A stretch of 25,272 bases of DNA from an uncultured Desulfobacteraceae bacterium. GTDB lineage: Bacteria > Desulfobacterota > DSM-4660 > Desulfatiglandales > Desulfatiglandaceae. The position numbers and the translations under genes are program-made. The notes under the pieces were generated by a model. That model had not been told where the DNA came from. It searched no databases and saw nothing but the letters and a program-made list of their open reading frames with translations. The stretch covers positions 1-25,272 of the forward strand of contig CAYXDR010000001.1 in NCBI GenBank assembly GCA_964463515.1, written 5' to 3'. Shown here one piece after another: positions 8,401 through 17,217 of this stretch; the stretch's first letter is position 1, and the number at the start of each line of letters is the position of its first letter.

Positions 8401-10821
8401 ATCATCTACCCCGGCGATGATCGCCTGGATGTTGGCCGGGTTCAACACGACCAGGGATATACCGTCTTCTGCATGGGGATAGATCCGCGCATATTCCTTG
8501 AGGATTTGGGAAATGACCCGTGATTCGCGGGTTTCCCGAAACAGCGCTGCGTCCTTGATGTCGTCGTCTTCGGGCGTGTCGTACTGCTGAAGGATTTTCG
8601 AGGAAAGCGGTCCGCTTTGGGCGGGCGGTTTTCCCACAAGGTGAATGTGGCCAAAGGAAGCGACTCGGGTGTCCAGCGCCCCGGTTGGAGTCGAAACGAG
8701 ACCGAACAACGGATAGTTGATGGTGGCTAGGTCGCAGATGTCCCGCCAGGTATTTTCAGTAATTTTGGTGCTGCTGTCGTCGTTCAGAAAAAACGTCGCC
8801 CGTTCCAGCCACGCATGGGCTAGAAACGCTTCCCGGTGATTGAGCATGCCCATGAGGGCGGGGTGCAAGGCGGTCACAGCGGCATGAGGGACAAACCGCG
8901 CCCAGGGAAAATTGGCGGCCTCTTCTGCCTTCGGTTTTTCGGTCAGCAAAAACGCCTTGTAAACAATGGGCCGGAATCTCTGAAATTCCGTTTTCTGGAT
9001 CAAATTTTGGATCACGTTTTCATATCGGTAATACAACCGACTGCCGTCGATCCAATGATCCTGAAGGGCGGAAAAGTACCCTTCATCGACCATCGCCCCC
9101 AAAAATTTGGCATAGGCGTCAGACAGGTCCGCTATCCCCAGCTTGCTCAGGTCTTTCAGGTCGATGTTCTGCAAGTTTTCAAACAGGTTGGCAATCGTCA
9201 GTTTGCTTAGCCCCGCACGAAGCACCCGGTGGATTTCGGTCTCGTCCGGCGCGAAAAACAGTTCAGGGTAGTGCTGAATGTGGTATACTGGCAGCCAGAA
9301 ACTGGGCTTCTCGACTTCATGGATCGCCCTGGCCATGTCCAGAAGATTCCGAAACGGATGGGTTTCCGGAAGCGCCCACTTGAATTTGCGGCGGACGCTG
9401 AGGCCTCTGATGTCTGATTTGAAGAGAATGTCAAACTGGAAATGGGGAACCGCGGTTTTTGTCTGGCCAAAAGGAAGGCTATCCATATCCAGCAATCCGG
9501 AGGAAAACTCGGCGTTGTCTTTCCCTTCTTCGGATTCCGGGGCTATGGGGCCGATGTATTTTTCCAGAAATGCGTCGATGCCCCCCAGCAACCCCCGTGC
9601 GAGCTCCTTGTTGTCGTTGTCGAAATCAACAAATTTTAAACCTCTGAGATAAATTCCCTTCAACGCATCAAAGGGTTGGATGGGGGATTTCTTTTTCCGT
9701 GTGCATTGAAATCTAAAATCGATGAGGGTCTGCCACAGTGCGGTTAAAATCGCTTCCAAAGGCGGACCATGAAGGGTTTTGAAGCCCTTGGGTTCTTTGA
9801 TTTTGTCCTCTTTGCCCTCGTCCTCGTCTTCCTCAAGTTCAGGTTCAGGCTGCGTATAGGTGTATCCGAGGATTTCATCCTTGAGCACGGCGAAATCGAA
9901 ATGGAGCAGCCGCCTACGGGCTTCTGGATCGTTGTACTCAACATAGATTTTGATGCAATCGAGGAGTTCATCTTCGCCCCCGAAGGCACCGCGAAGGTCG
10001 AGCGTAGGCTCTTTGTTCGGCCGGACCCGGAAGTCTTCCACTTTTTGGATGGCTTTTTTTCTGTCGTTCTCGTTGAAATATTTCTGATAACTAAAAAAAT
10101 CGATGGCAGCTTCAACATATTTTTTCCACTTGCTCCCTTTCATCTTGTGGAGAAACGGAAGCCCCCAGAAGGACAGGTTGCCGTAAAAAGCGGTCAGGGC
10201 GGCGTAGCTATCCATGACGCTAGTAAAATCGATCCATTCCAGAAAATCGGATATGCGAATCAAGTCGCCGGCCGCATGACGGCGAAGGGTTTCCAGGAGT
10301 TCTTCCATCGCCTCCAAGTGGGTCTCTTCCGGATCGATTTGCTTGTCGTACAAAAACCTTTCCAGCCAGCCCTTGAACCGGCTTTGCATCTCTTCTTTCC
10401 AAATTGTGTCTACCCCTACCTGATAAAAGTCTTCCAGACTGCCCTGGTCCGTAGCCTGCTCGACTCCAACCAGCATCACGATCAGCCCATCCTTCCCGGA
10501 TTCAGGTGTCCACTCAAGGTTTCTGTAATGCGTGAGCCGGTTTTCCGTGTCCACCCACCCGGCACTTTTGATCTGCTCCAAAATCTGTCCATCTGCCGTT
10601 TCTTCCCATTGCCGCCAGAGCTTGTAAGCGACTATGAATTGGAAGTCGATGTCTCGTTTGCTTTTTAGCCAGTATTCAGAGAGTTCGTTCCCAACTTCTT
10701 TGACCGCCGCGGGCGGTAGGGAGGAAAGAAACACGCGGAGTTCGCGGGTGTTGCGGTTTTTGAGGATAGGATGACATAGGGTTTTCAGATAAGTCAGAAG
10801 ACTCCGTGTAAAATAACGCAT
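5449..10821 (-). CDS. sspH: DndH(DptH)/SspH-like restriction protein with a PD-(D/E)xK nuclease motif and a C-terminal HerA/FtsK-type ATPase, 1790 aa
   Basis: C-terminal HILIFGKSGVGKT Walker A (6460-6483), IIVDYTNGF, IVLDEIQNL Walker B, and EGRKFGLSLILATQ (arginine finger and sensor of HerA/FtsK). YPDLL...ILECK lies at 7276-7353. Its size and third position after F- and G-like genes fit DndH/SspH. Confidence 0.72.
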   Translation of the reverse strand: MRYFTRSLLTYLKTLCHPILKNRNTRELRVFLSSLPPAAVKEVGNELSEYWLKSKRDIDFQFIVAYKLWRQWEETADGQILEQIKSAGWVDTENRLTHYRNLEWTPESGKDGLIVMLVGVEQATDQGSLEDFYQVGVDTIWKEEMQSRFKGWLERFLYDKQIDPEETHLEAMEELLETLRRHAAGDLIRISDFLEWIDFTSVMDSYAALTAFYGNLSFWGLPFLHKMKGSKWKKYVEAAIDFFSYQKYFNENDRKKAIQKVEDFRVRPNKEPTLDLRGAFGGEDELLDCIKIYVEYNDPEARRRLLHFDFAVLKDEILGYTYTQPEPELEEDEDEGKEDKIKEPKGFKTLHGPPLEAILTALWQTLIDFRFQCTRKKKSPIQPFDALKGIYLRGLKFVDFDNDNKELARGLLGGIDAFLEKYIGPIAPESEEGKDNAEFSSGLLDMDSLPFGQTKTAVPHFQFDILFKSDIRGLSVRRKFKWALPETHPFRNLLDMARAIHEVEKPSFWLPVYHIQHYPELFFAPDETEIHRVLRAGLSKLTIANLFENLQNIDLKDLSKLGIADLSDAYAKFLGAMVDEGYFSALQDHWIDGSRLYYRYENVIQNLIQKTEFQRFRPIVYKAFLLTEKPKAEEAANFPWARFVPHAAVTALHPALMGMLNHREAFLAHAWLERATFFLNDDSSTKITENTWRDICDLATINYPLFGLVSTPTGALDTRVASFGHIHLVGKPPAQSGPLSSKILQQYDTPEDDDIKDAALFRETRESRVISQILKEYARIYPHAEDGISLVVLNPANIQAIIAGVDDFLHQKLKKERAEEARDYPPYHLSLSLFMHVAESGEVSRWLSEWRKRWDPAEGATRYEFYQNCRLSVSQKVITQPDDYLILMKNGAANVDIAVLTRFMDTGEPSLNYEKTSPYKPDLDHLLKFPILEAPRCEDKRQSFPNLRSRIISNRRFRLAALHSELSVRLWSSDVPPDREHIVLSQSDFTPWAKIVDQMHRNASWVLCLDPSVDTRLIQKGSLDAQSEGKREIIGFASGVGTHGELNYTLSTERASLLDVQKMIQKRVNNLFGPWEPVDSENAARFLVREARKLSGISLVRATGRGEQVRDLIAYALVRRCLPVMAHNGPTLCDELVVLDAFPHWFTSIGGGREMYPDLLRISASLAEDGLIDVHATILECKISSNINRHIQKARSQLENGLHHLVARFRPKGGESNQAAYRFSGSSPIFRFDQRFWWAQLQRLIASKAVVENAELELATTALESLGEGRFRIQWKAAALTIWTEPTDYYNSDFFQTVEVWSFQQEGCEIAIPLISCGGALIRRIGRGNYPVALPLKSSETPPTSSPQALTAANLASTSQPIEPSDTLSPAEESASAETKDQDDGTPGSQQEGGESLEKGETTSPISTTVTRTPPNRLFLGVTDAKREIYWEFGHPELTNRHILIFGKSGVGKTYAIQALLLEMGLNGQNSIIVDYTNGFLPDHLEPVVVDILKPETHLVRQKPLPINPFRKQEQRITGFDPIPEDSHTVGGRIATVINSVYSNVGEQQRAVLIETIAAGLDEEGAEFRFPALLERLKEQGASGLTLANKLSPMVHMKLFGQDEAGNWDRLYGSGEVRANILQLAGVPRDIARIATEFILWDLYDYAANSGRKDVPLPIVLDEIQNLDHRLDAPLGKFLTEGRKFGLSLILATQTLSNLKGEERDRLFQASHKLFFKPAETEVKEYARILEQGSYEKAETWIARLNKLNRGECYSLGPTLNPGAGELENKIFKIHISSLQERLKKDSDND

Positions 10822-10844
10822 ATCTTCTCCGTCACAATTTTGGA

Positions 10845-12527
10845 TTATTTATCAGTGCTCTTTTCAGAAAACGGGTTTTCAATCAACGACACAGCATCTG
10901 ACAGCGGGGTCATAAAACCGGTGGCCAGCAACTTTTCTTCCAGCCATTGTTTGTGCCCGGCTGGCGCGCTCAGCTTCTGGTCGGGGTAGGTCCAGGCGAT
11001 GGCGTCGTTGAGCAAGGTTCCGGAAACCGCCGCGCCGTAGTGGCGGTAGAGGGCTTTCAGGAAGGTGGTCAAGCGCATCCGTTCGCCCGGCGGGATCAAG
11101 GCCAGTACAAAATACCGAAGCAAATTTTCTTGCAGCACGAAACGGGCGCCTGGCCCGGTTTTAGGGGCGATCAGGCCGATTTTCTTGCCCAATTTCACAA
11201 AAAGAGCCGTGCCCTGTTTGTCGGCATTCCGGTAGGTTTTTTCGCCGCTCTTTAGCGTCTGAATGCGACGGGTCCGGAGTGCGGCATGGAACATTTCCTT
11301 CACCCTGACCAGATTTTTCCGGGCGGCGGTTTTGAGAGCCCGGTCATCCAATTCGGGGTTCGTGATGATCCAGGCGTAGGGCTGGAGAGCGTCTTCGTCA
11401 TGAAGACCGGGATTGCCCCCCCAGTAGCGCCCGGCTTGGGCCGACAGGCTGCGTAGGACCTGGAACACGCAGCAAAGTTTGAGCATCTCGATTTTTTCCA
11501 CAGGGTCTAATAGCGCGGCGCTAATGTTTCGCAGTTCTATGGCGAACAGATAGGCTTCCGGCCAGCTTTCTTCCGGGCACCAGCCACATGTCGCACCTTT
11601 GGTCTCCCGGTCGATTTCTAAGGATGCGTCGGTCTCATTTTTTTCAATCCACGATGCGATACTGTTCAATATCGGGGCAGGTTTGCGAGATAGAAAGTCT
11701 TTGAGATTGTTTTCAATCTCCTCTTGGAGATTCTTCGCAGCGCCTGGGTAGCCCGCCCGTTCTTCAAATTCAAGGAGCTCGGGGGAATCTATCAGGCGGA
11801 AGAGATTGCATAGCTGAAGGTATAGGAGTTCGCCACCGCGGGCGAGGAAATCATGTTTGGAAAATGAAAACATTCTATTTTTCCAGGCTTGATGCCAATT
11901 CAAATTCGGTTCTTTCTTGCCTCTATTTTTTTCCCAAATGGCTTCTCCTGCGATTAATTCGGGAGCTAGTGGAATAAATGAATGTGCGGACCAGCCTCTA
12001 TTTCCCGAAACCCCTATAAATCCCATTAGAACTTGCTCAATTAATTCGATAGCGTCGCTTTTTGATAGGGATGGACTAGTATGTAAATGGTGTTTTAGAT
12101 TTGAAACTAGCTCTTGATATTTTTCAATGTGGCTTTTGTGCCTTCCTTCAACACCTGAAATCCCTAAAAACGAAAACAGCTTTATAATTATGTGCATTCT
12201 AGGATAATAAATCAAAGGTTTACCTGGGTCGACTTCTTGTAATTCACTAACTCTTGGAAAGCCTTTCCATTTATCTGAGTCTTTATACCCAAGCATATAA
12301 TTCGTTCCAATTTTTTTATCTGAAATAAAAATCAGCATGAATTCCACAAGATATTCGAGCTCTGTTTGATCATCTCGGACTCGTCGTCCAAACAATCGTA
12401 TAGCAGGATTAGCATCAGCGTTTTCATCCTCACCAATGTTTGGAAACTGCCTAACGTTACCGTTCGAAATTCTAGCGGATGACTTCAATTCCAATCCATT
12501 TTGCCATTGAAAATAATCCGATGGCAT
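10845..12527 (-). CDS. sspG: DndG(DptG)/SspG-like protein, 560 aa
   Basis: It lies between the F-like and H-like genes (gaps of 49 and 23 bp). The C-terminus (FLKALYRHYG...LEEKLLATGFMTPLSDAVSLIENPF) resembles the winged-helix-type tail seen in G-position proteins of DndFGH-like modules. Assignment rests on recalled motif plus synteny. Confidence 0.6.
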   Translation of the reverse strand: MPSDYFQWQNGLELKSSARISNGNVRQFPNIGEDENADANPAIRLFGRRVRDDQTELEYLVEFMLIFISDKKIGTNYMLGYKDSDKWKGFPRVSELQEVDPGKPLIYYPRMHIIIKLFSFLGISGVEGRHKSHIEKYQELVSNLKHHLHTSPSLSKSDAIELIEQVLMGFIGVSGNRGWSAHSFIPLAPELIAGEAIWEKNRGKKEPNLNWHQAWKNRMFSFSKHDFLARGGELLYLQLCNLFRLIDSPELLEFEERAGYPGAAKNLQEEIENNLKDFLSRKPAPILNSIASWIEKNETDASLEIDRETKGATCGWCPEESWPEAYLFAIELRNISAALLDPVEKIEMLKLCCVFQVLRSLSAQAGRYWGGNPGLHDEDALQPYAWIITNPELDDRALKTAARKNLVRVKEMFHAALRTRRIQTLKSGEKTYRNADKQGTALFVKLGKKIGLIAPKTGPGARFVLQENLLRYFVLALIPPGERMRLTTFLKALYRHYGAAVSGTLLNDAIAWTYPDQKLSAPAGHKQWLEEKLLATGFMTPLSDAVSLIENPFSEKSTDK

Positions 12528-12576
12528 TTTTGCAGCTCCTTTCCCCTATTTAGATCTAATATTGACTTGTTCTGGC

Positions 12577-15500
12577 TTACACAATTTCCAAAAAACCGTC
12601 CGACAGCATCACGCGAAATTGTTCCAGTTTTCCATCATGATTCAGTTGAATTAACCGCATCTCTTCGTGAGATTCGCTAGGGAGTCGGGCTGTGAGTAAA
12701 TTTTTAAACCACTCAAGCCGATCAAGGTAACCCAGATTCAACCGCTGTCCGAGTTCCCCTTCGCTGCGCAACAGCACGAAATCTAGAAATGGCAGATCAA
12801 GGGTCAAGTGGATTTCAGGGAAATAACGGTCTCGCAAAACAAGATGATATCGCTGTGGCCTGAATGTTTGGTAGATTTCCTCTAGAACCAGCTCAAAATT
12901 TGAAAAGGCGATCTCCGCAAGAAGAATCTGGACGCTCTGGCGAAGTGCTTCGTTACGTCGGTTGAGAGTAATGAACAGTTCGTTTCCGCGCCGGGTCTCC
13001 GGGATATAAAAACCCGTGTACTGCTCCAGTAGCACGTGCAACACTTTTTGCTTCAACTCTTCCCGACGTGTAGGCGTTAGTTTCGTCGGCGAGCATTGCC
13101 AGGATTCGGTTTCTACCAGCATGGGGGAGCCAGTGAACCCGCCTACGAAGTCCTTCTCACTCCCTGCTTCTGCAAATGCGCCGAACACAAAAAAGAGTCG
13201 CCTGAACTCCTGGCGGAAACGGGCGCCGACGGCCTCGGACCCATAGCCGGAAAGCGTCATTCCCCGAAGGCTCTCGAAAACTGGTTTCAGCGTGTCCGGC
13301 AGTAGAGGGGTCGGGCCCTCTTCGAAAGTCCACAGCACCCTGTCTAACGACAAAAAGGGTCTGGCGCCCATCTCTATCGGCATCAGACATTGAATAGCTT
13401 TGAGTCGCTGGGCCTTTTCATCTATAGAAGCGCCGTGAAACCCAAAGAAGCGATTGTAAAACAAATATGCGTTGACAGGCGGGGGCTTAGGGCTTTCAGC
13501 TATTTCCCGAATGCGCCCACAGTCTAGCCCGCCCGTCAGGCTATATGCTAGATGAGCCGACACCTGCCGCAAGGTCAATCGTTTGCCGTATTCATACAGC
13601 AGGCGATAAATCAAGGCGATCCGTTCCGATGTTATTTCATAGCTCTCCCGAATTGCTTTAAGATTCATCTGAACGGGGCAATGGGCATAAATATCGCACG
13701 ACCGGCACCCGTCCCAATTCTCGTTATCGACGAGCCGATGAAAAAGTTCCCGGGAGATTTGAAGGTTGTCGAGCTGCGACAGGTTGATCAGGACAAAGGG
13801 CACGCCAAGGTCCTTGAATTTCGTGGGTTCTTTTTCCCGGAGAAGTCCTAGAAGACTGTTGCCGATTTTGATTTCTGTGAGACCGTAGGCTGGGGCACAC
13901 GCTTCTAAGATCTCCAAAAGACGACCCGTGTTGGAAATGATCAGCCACCGCCCATCTCCTTGGGCAGCTCGGTTTAGAGCCCTTGCAGCTTCTTCGTCGG
14001 TCAGCTCACTCAAGTCCTTGATCAGGTGTATTTTATAGCCGTTGATTTGTTTTTCTTCATGGGACCCCAAGCCGGATTCTAAAGGCTCTGACATGTCCTT
14101 TTTTTCCAGCCTTTTAAAGATTTCCAGGCAAATCGTTGATTTGCCGTCCCCGGCATGCCCGGTCAGGATAATGTTCCCCCCATCGGTTCCTGTCAGCTTT
14201 TCCCACACCAGATCGGTCACGGGCCAGGCGACATGGATGGATCCGAAAAACAGGCTCCGAGCTTGGGCCTCAGCCAGCGCATTACGATTGTCGGCGGTGG
14301 TGTTGTGAAGCTGGTTCAAATAATCCAAGAAATTGCCTGCGGTCTCTAGCGCGTTTTCCCTTGCAGGCGGTGCTTCAGGGCTATACACGTGCCATTTTTC
14401 CGCCGATTCCGCCGTTTGTGGCGTCACTTGGACCGAGTCCTCATCGCTGAAAACAAAATCGAATTCATCTCTCATTTCGTTGATATTTTGAAAGCGTGCA
14501 TCACGAAACGGCTGAACGGCCTTGTGAAGCCAGAGTGAAAGCTCCTCTGGAATGTCCTTGCGATAGGAAGCTGCGAAACGCGGCGTGGCGGTAAGGGCAG
14601 GGGTCCCGGAATAAGGACTGACGCCGCACAGCCATTCAAACAGGGTGACGCCTAGGGCAAATAAATCTCCACTTTCGCAAAACTCATACTCGGCGCCCTG
14701 GAACAAATCTGGTGCCACATAGGCGTCTGTTCCCATATAGGGCCCTACGGATGGAACGCCCGAAGCACCGAAGTCGATTAATACAGGGGTGCCGTCCTCT
14801 TTGAGGAGTATGTTGTCGGGTTTGATGTCGTTGTGCAAAATGATGGTTTGGCGCGAGGGATCGGCATGCAAAGTCGCAATTCCTTCCATCAGACAAAATG
14901 CGACATGCCGGAAAAGGGGCAGTTCCGGGCGAATGCTGTTGTCGATCCGGTTTCGCAGCGGATTGCCGGAGACCAGTTCCAGAACCAAGTAATAGCGGCC
15001 ATCTGCCAATTGGTTGAAGGTTTCATAGCCGACAATACAGGGATTGGATACGGTTTTTAGGGCATCCCTTTCGGCGAAAATCCGATCAAGAGCCGAATCC
15101 TGGTGGTACAATTTTATCGCAACCCAGTTGTCGCTGCCCTGAAGCGCTTTGTAAACTTGGGAGTCGCGGCCTTTCCCGATCCATTCTTGAATGGTGTACA
15201 CACCGAAAATATCGCCTGGTTTTAGGATTCGATTGGATTCTCGGTGGGTTTCTTCAGCGATTTCTTTCAGTTCAAGCTGTAACTCGCCGATTTCCTGGGG
15301 CCGGTCCTTTCGTTGGAATTGGATCATCATGACGATGTCTGTTCGAAGGGATTCAGGAATGCCGATTTTGGCCAGTTTTGATTCGATAGATTCATACACG
15401 GATTGAGCGTCGGATATCAGATCCGTGGAATACTCGAAAGGCGGTTTGCCGATGAGCAGTTCATACGCTATAACCCCTAAACTGAAGATGTCCGTTGCCT

Positions 15501-17217
15501 CCGCAAAAGGCTGATGATGGTAAAGTTCCGGGGCGAGGTAAGGGGACCTCTGAAGTTGGAGGTCGTCGGGAAGAACCGTCAACCGGTTATCTTCAGGCAA
15601 GTAGGACAGATCGAAATTCATCAGTTTTGGCGTAGTCCCAAACATCATGATGTTTTCCGGGGTTAAATTGCGATGGACAATGCCTTCCTGATGAACAGCT
15701 TCAAGACCTTTGGCAATGCCTCGTATGATAGGCAAGGCCTTTTCAAGAGAAAAGGGGCCGCTTTTCTTCATCACATTGGCGAGCGTACCTTCTTTTCGAG
15801 ACCAGTCTGAAGCTTCGATAATCAGGCCTTCTTCATGATAAATGTCCCAAACCTTCAAAATGTTGGGATGATCACTTATCCTAGTCAGTGCTTTGAGACT
15901 GTTTCGGCTTTTGTTCCGCTGGTTCTCCCGTTCTTCCTGGCCTAGAGTGGGATCGATGGAAAAAATGCGGAGCCGCTTGACGGTTTGGAGCTGATTGCTG
16001 GTAGGTCTTGCCAATAGTTCAATGAGATGCTGCGAGTCAGTGAGATTTTCCAAAATCTCATAGCCCGGAATCTCGAGGCCCTTCCGCCGAGGGGATTGGG
16101 CTTCGTTGCGGAGGCGTTCCGCAATCTGCCTAGCTTGGGCGGTGGTCAGTATGGAATTCGGCTGCCCTAGGCAGCGTTTGAAATATTTCGTAAAGGTGGC
16201 AATGCTGTCGAAGGTAGGGGCTTTTTTTTCCGTTTTCGCTCCATCGGCGTTGTGGACCGTAGCATCCGGGTTTGTCAGAAGAACAATAGATTGAAAGGGA
16301 TAATCTTTAGGTATAAAGGGAAGTTTCTTTCTGCAAAACCCTCGCAGAACTTTTGCTTTGTAGTTGTTGGAGCGATGCGGATCTGTACATGGGGTCTGTT
16401 CGGGCCCCCTGAACCATTCGTAGGGGCGAACTTCGATTTCTCCGAACCAGTGTTTAAGTTCGACAATGGCTGTACAAAAGGATGAGACTACAATAAGGTC
16501 GCATTCAAGGTATTGGCTGGTAGAAGGGTCGTAAAGATCGAAGTTGGGGATTAGTTCAATTTGCTTTCCGAGAGCAGCGAAAATTTGTTTGAGAGCATTT
16601 TTTTCATGAGGAAATTTGCTTTTAATGTCCATATATTTTCTTCCTGATGCCATCATTACACGTGCTTTTGAATCACTAGTGATATCTGAATAATCAACAC
16701 TTGATTGCTCTTCCAAATTACTCTTGATTGCTTCAACATGGTATTTTGGAGAAAATATTGGTCCGGAAGAAACAATTTGAGATATTATTTCTTCTAATTT
16801 CGACTTGATAACATCACGATATCTTTTTGTTTTCAAAAGATTATACACATCAGGATTCAAAAATGAATAATTTATAATTTCATTGATCAATCTTGGTGTA
16901 AATCTTTTACGTTTGTTATATTCATTTTCTTTTCCTTGAAACACCTTGTGATTCCAAAAATTTGATGTGATAAGATGGTAATATGGATATTCAGGAAAAC
17001 ACTCATCTTCATTGGTGAATTTTTTCCATAAATATCTAAACATATTGATCAGTTCATCATCAAACGGAAAGCGATTCTCACGATTCGGATTTTCTTCAAT
17101 TAAATAACAGATTGAAAGAAGCAACACAAATTTATTTGGATTTGCTTTTTCAGATGACTTCCAAACGGATATCCTATTAATTTGTTTTAGTAATTCATCT
17201 ATTTGCAAATCAGACAT
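12577..17217 (-). CDS. Multidomain fusion: SBD-like domain + NERD nuclease + pseudokinase + Ser/Thr kinase + DndF/SspF-like P-loop domain, 1546 aa
   Basis: Residues about 1-145: NKFVLLLSICYLIE...EYPYYHL...FW. About 196-345: FPHEKNAL, ECDLIVV, IVELKHW (NERD). Kinase 1 has HRN(515-517) and NFD(534-536). Kinase 2 has IGKGRDSQVY, VAIK702, HNDIKPDN (H795) and DFG (D815). The C-terminal part has IILTGHAGDGKS (K1026), IKDLSE, ISNTGRL and a C..C.....CP cluster. The start overlaps the sspD stop by 19 bp. Confidence 0.8.
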   Translation of the reverse strand: MSDLQIDELLKQINRISVWKSSEKANPNKFVLLLSICYLIEENPNRENRFPFDDELINMFRYLWKKFTNEDECFPEYPYYHLITSNFWNHKVFQGKENEYNKRKRFTPRLINEIINYSFLNPDVYNLLKTKRYRDVIKSKLEEIISQIVSSGPIFSPKYHVEAIKSNLEEQSSVDYSDITSDSKARVMMASGRKYMDIKSKFPHEKNALKQIFAALGKQIELIPNFDLYDPSTSQYLECDLIVVSSFCTAIVELKHWFGEIEVRPYEWFRGPEQTPCTDPHRSNNYKAKVLRGFCRKKLPFIPKDYPFQSIVLLTNPDATVHNADGAKTEKKAPTFDSIATFTKYFKRCLGQPNSILTTAQARQIAERLRNEAQSPRRKGLEIPGYEILENLTDSQHLIELLARPTSNQLQTVKRLRIFSIDPTLGQEERENQRNKSRNSLKALTRISDHPNILKVWDIYHEEGLIIEASDWSRKEGTLANVMKKSGPFSLEKALPIIRGIAKGLEAVHQEGIVHRNLTPENIMMFGTTPKLMNFDLSYLPEDNRLTVLPDDLQLQRSPYLAPELYHHQPFAEATDIFSLGVIAYELLIGKPPFEYSTDLISDAQSVYESIESKLAKIGIPESLRTDIVMMIQFQRKDRPQEIGELQLELKEIAEETHRESNRILKPGDIFGVYTIQEWIGKGRDSQVYKALQGSDNWVAIKLYHQDSALDRIFAERDALKTVSNPCIVGYETFNQLADGRYYLVLELVSGNPLRNRIDNSIRPELPLFRHVAFCLMEGIATLHADPSRQTIILHNDIKPDNILLKEDGTPVLIDFGASGVPSVGPYMGTDAYVAPDLFQGAEYEFCESGDLFALGVTLFEWLCGVSPYSGTPALTATPRFAASYRKDIPEELSLWLHKAVQPFRDARFQNINEMRDEFDFVFSDEDSVQVTPQTAESAEKWHVYSPEAPPARENALETAGNFLDYLNQLHNTTADNRNALAEAQARSLFFGSIHVAWPVTDLVWEKLTGTDGGNIILTGHAGDGKSTICLEIFKRLEKKDMSEPLESGLGSHEEKQINGYKIHLIKDLSELTDEEAARALNRAAQGDGRWLIISNTGRLLEILEACAPAYGLTEIKIGNSLLGLLREKEPTKFKDLGVPFVLINLSQLDNLQISRELFHRLVDNENWDGCRSCDIYAHCPVQMNLKAIRESYEITSERIALIYRLLYEYGKRLTLRQVSAHLAYSLTGGLDCGRIREIAESPKPPPVNAYLFYNRFFGFHGASIDEKAQRLKAIQCLMPIEMGARPFLSLDRVLWTFEEGPTPLLPDTLKPVFESLRGMTLSGYGSEAVGARFRQEFRRLFFVFGAFAEAGSEKDFVGGFTGSPMLVETESWQCSPTKLTPTRREELKQKVLHVLLEQYTGFYIPETRRGNELFITLNRRNEALRQSVQILLAEIAFSNFELVLEEIYQTFRPQRYHLVLRDRYFPEIHLTLDLPFLDFVLLRSEGELGQRLNLGYLDRLEWFKNLLTARLPSESHEEMRLIQLNHDGKLEQFRVMLSDGFLEIV

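Noticed and set aside
9790-9850. Acidic stretch EPELEEDEDEGKEDK as a DNA mimic or tandem repeat
   Set aside because: Too short, with no true nucleotide repeat unit; most simply a disordered loop.
9769-10668. 299-aa plus-strand ORF
   Set aside because: Fully antisense to the H gene, with no recognisable motif; typical shadow ORF. The same applies to the other short plus-strand ORFs in the track.
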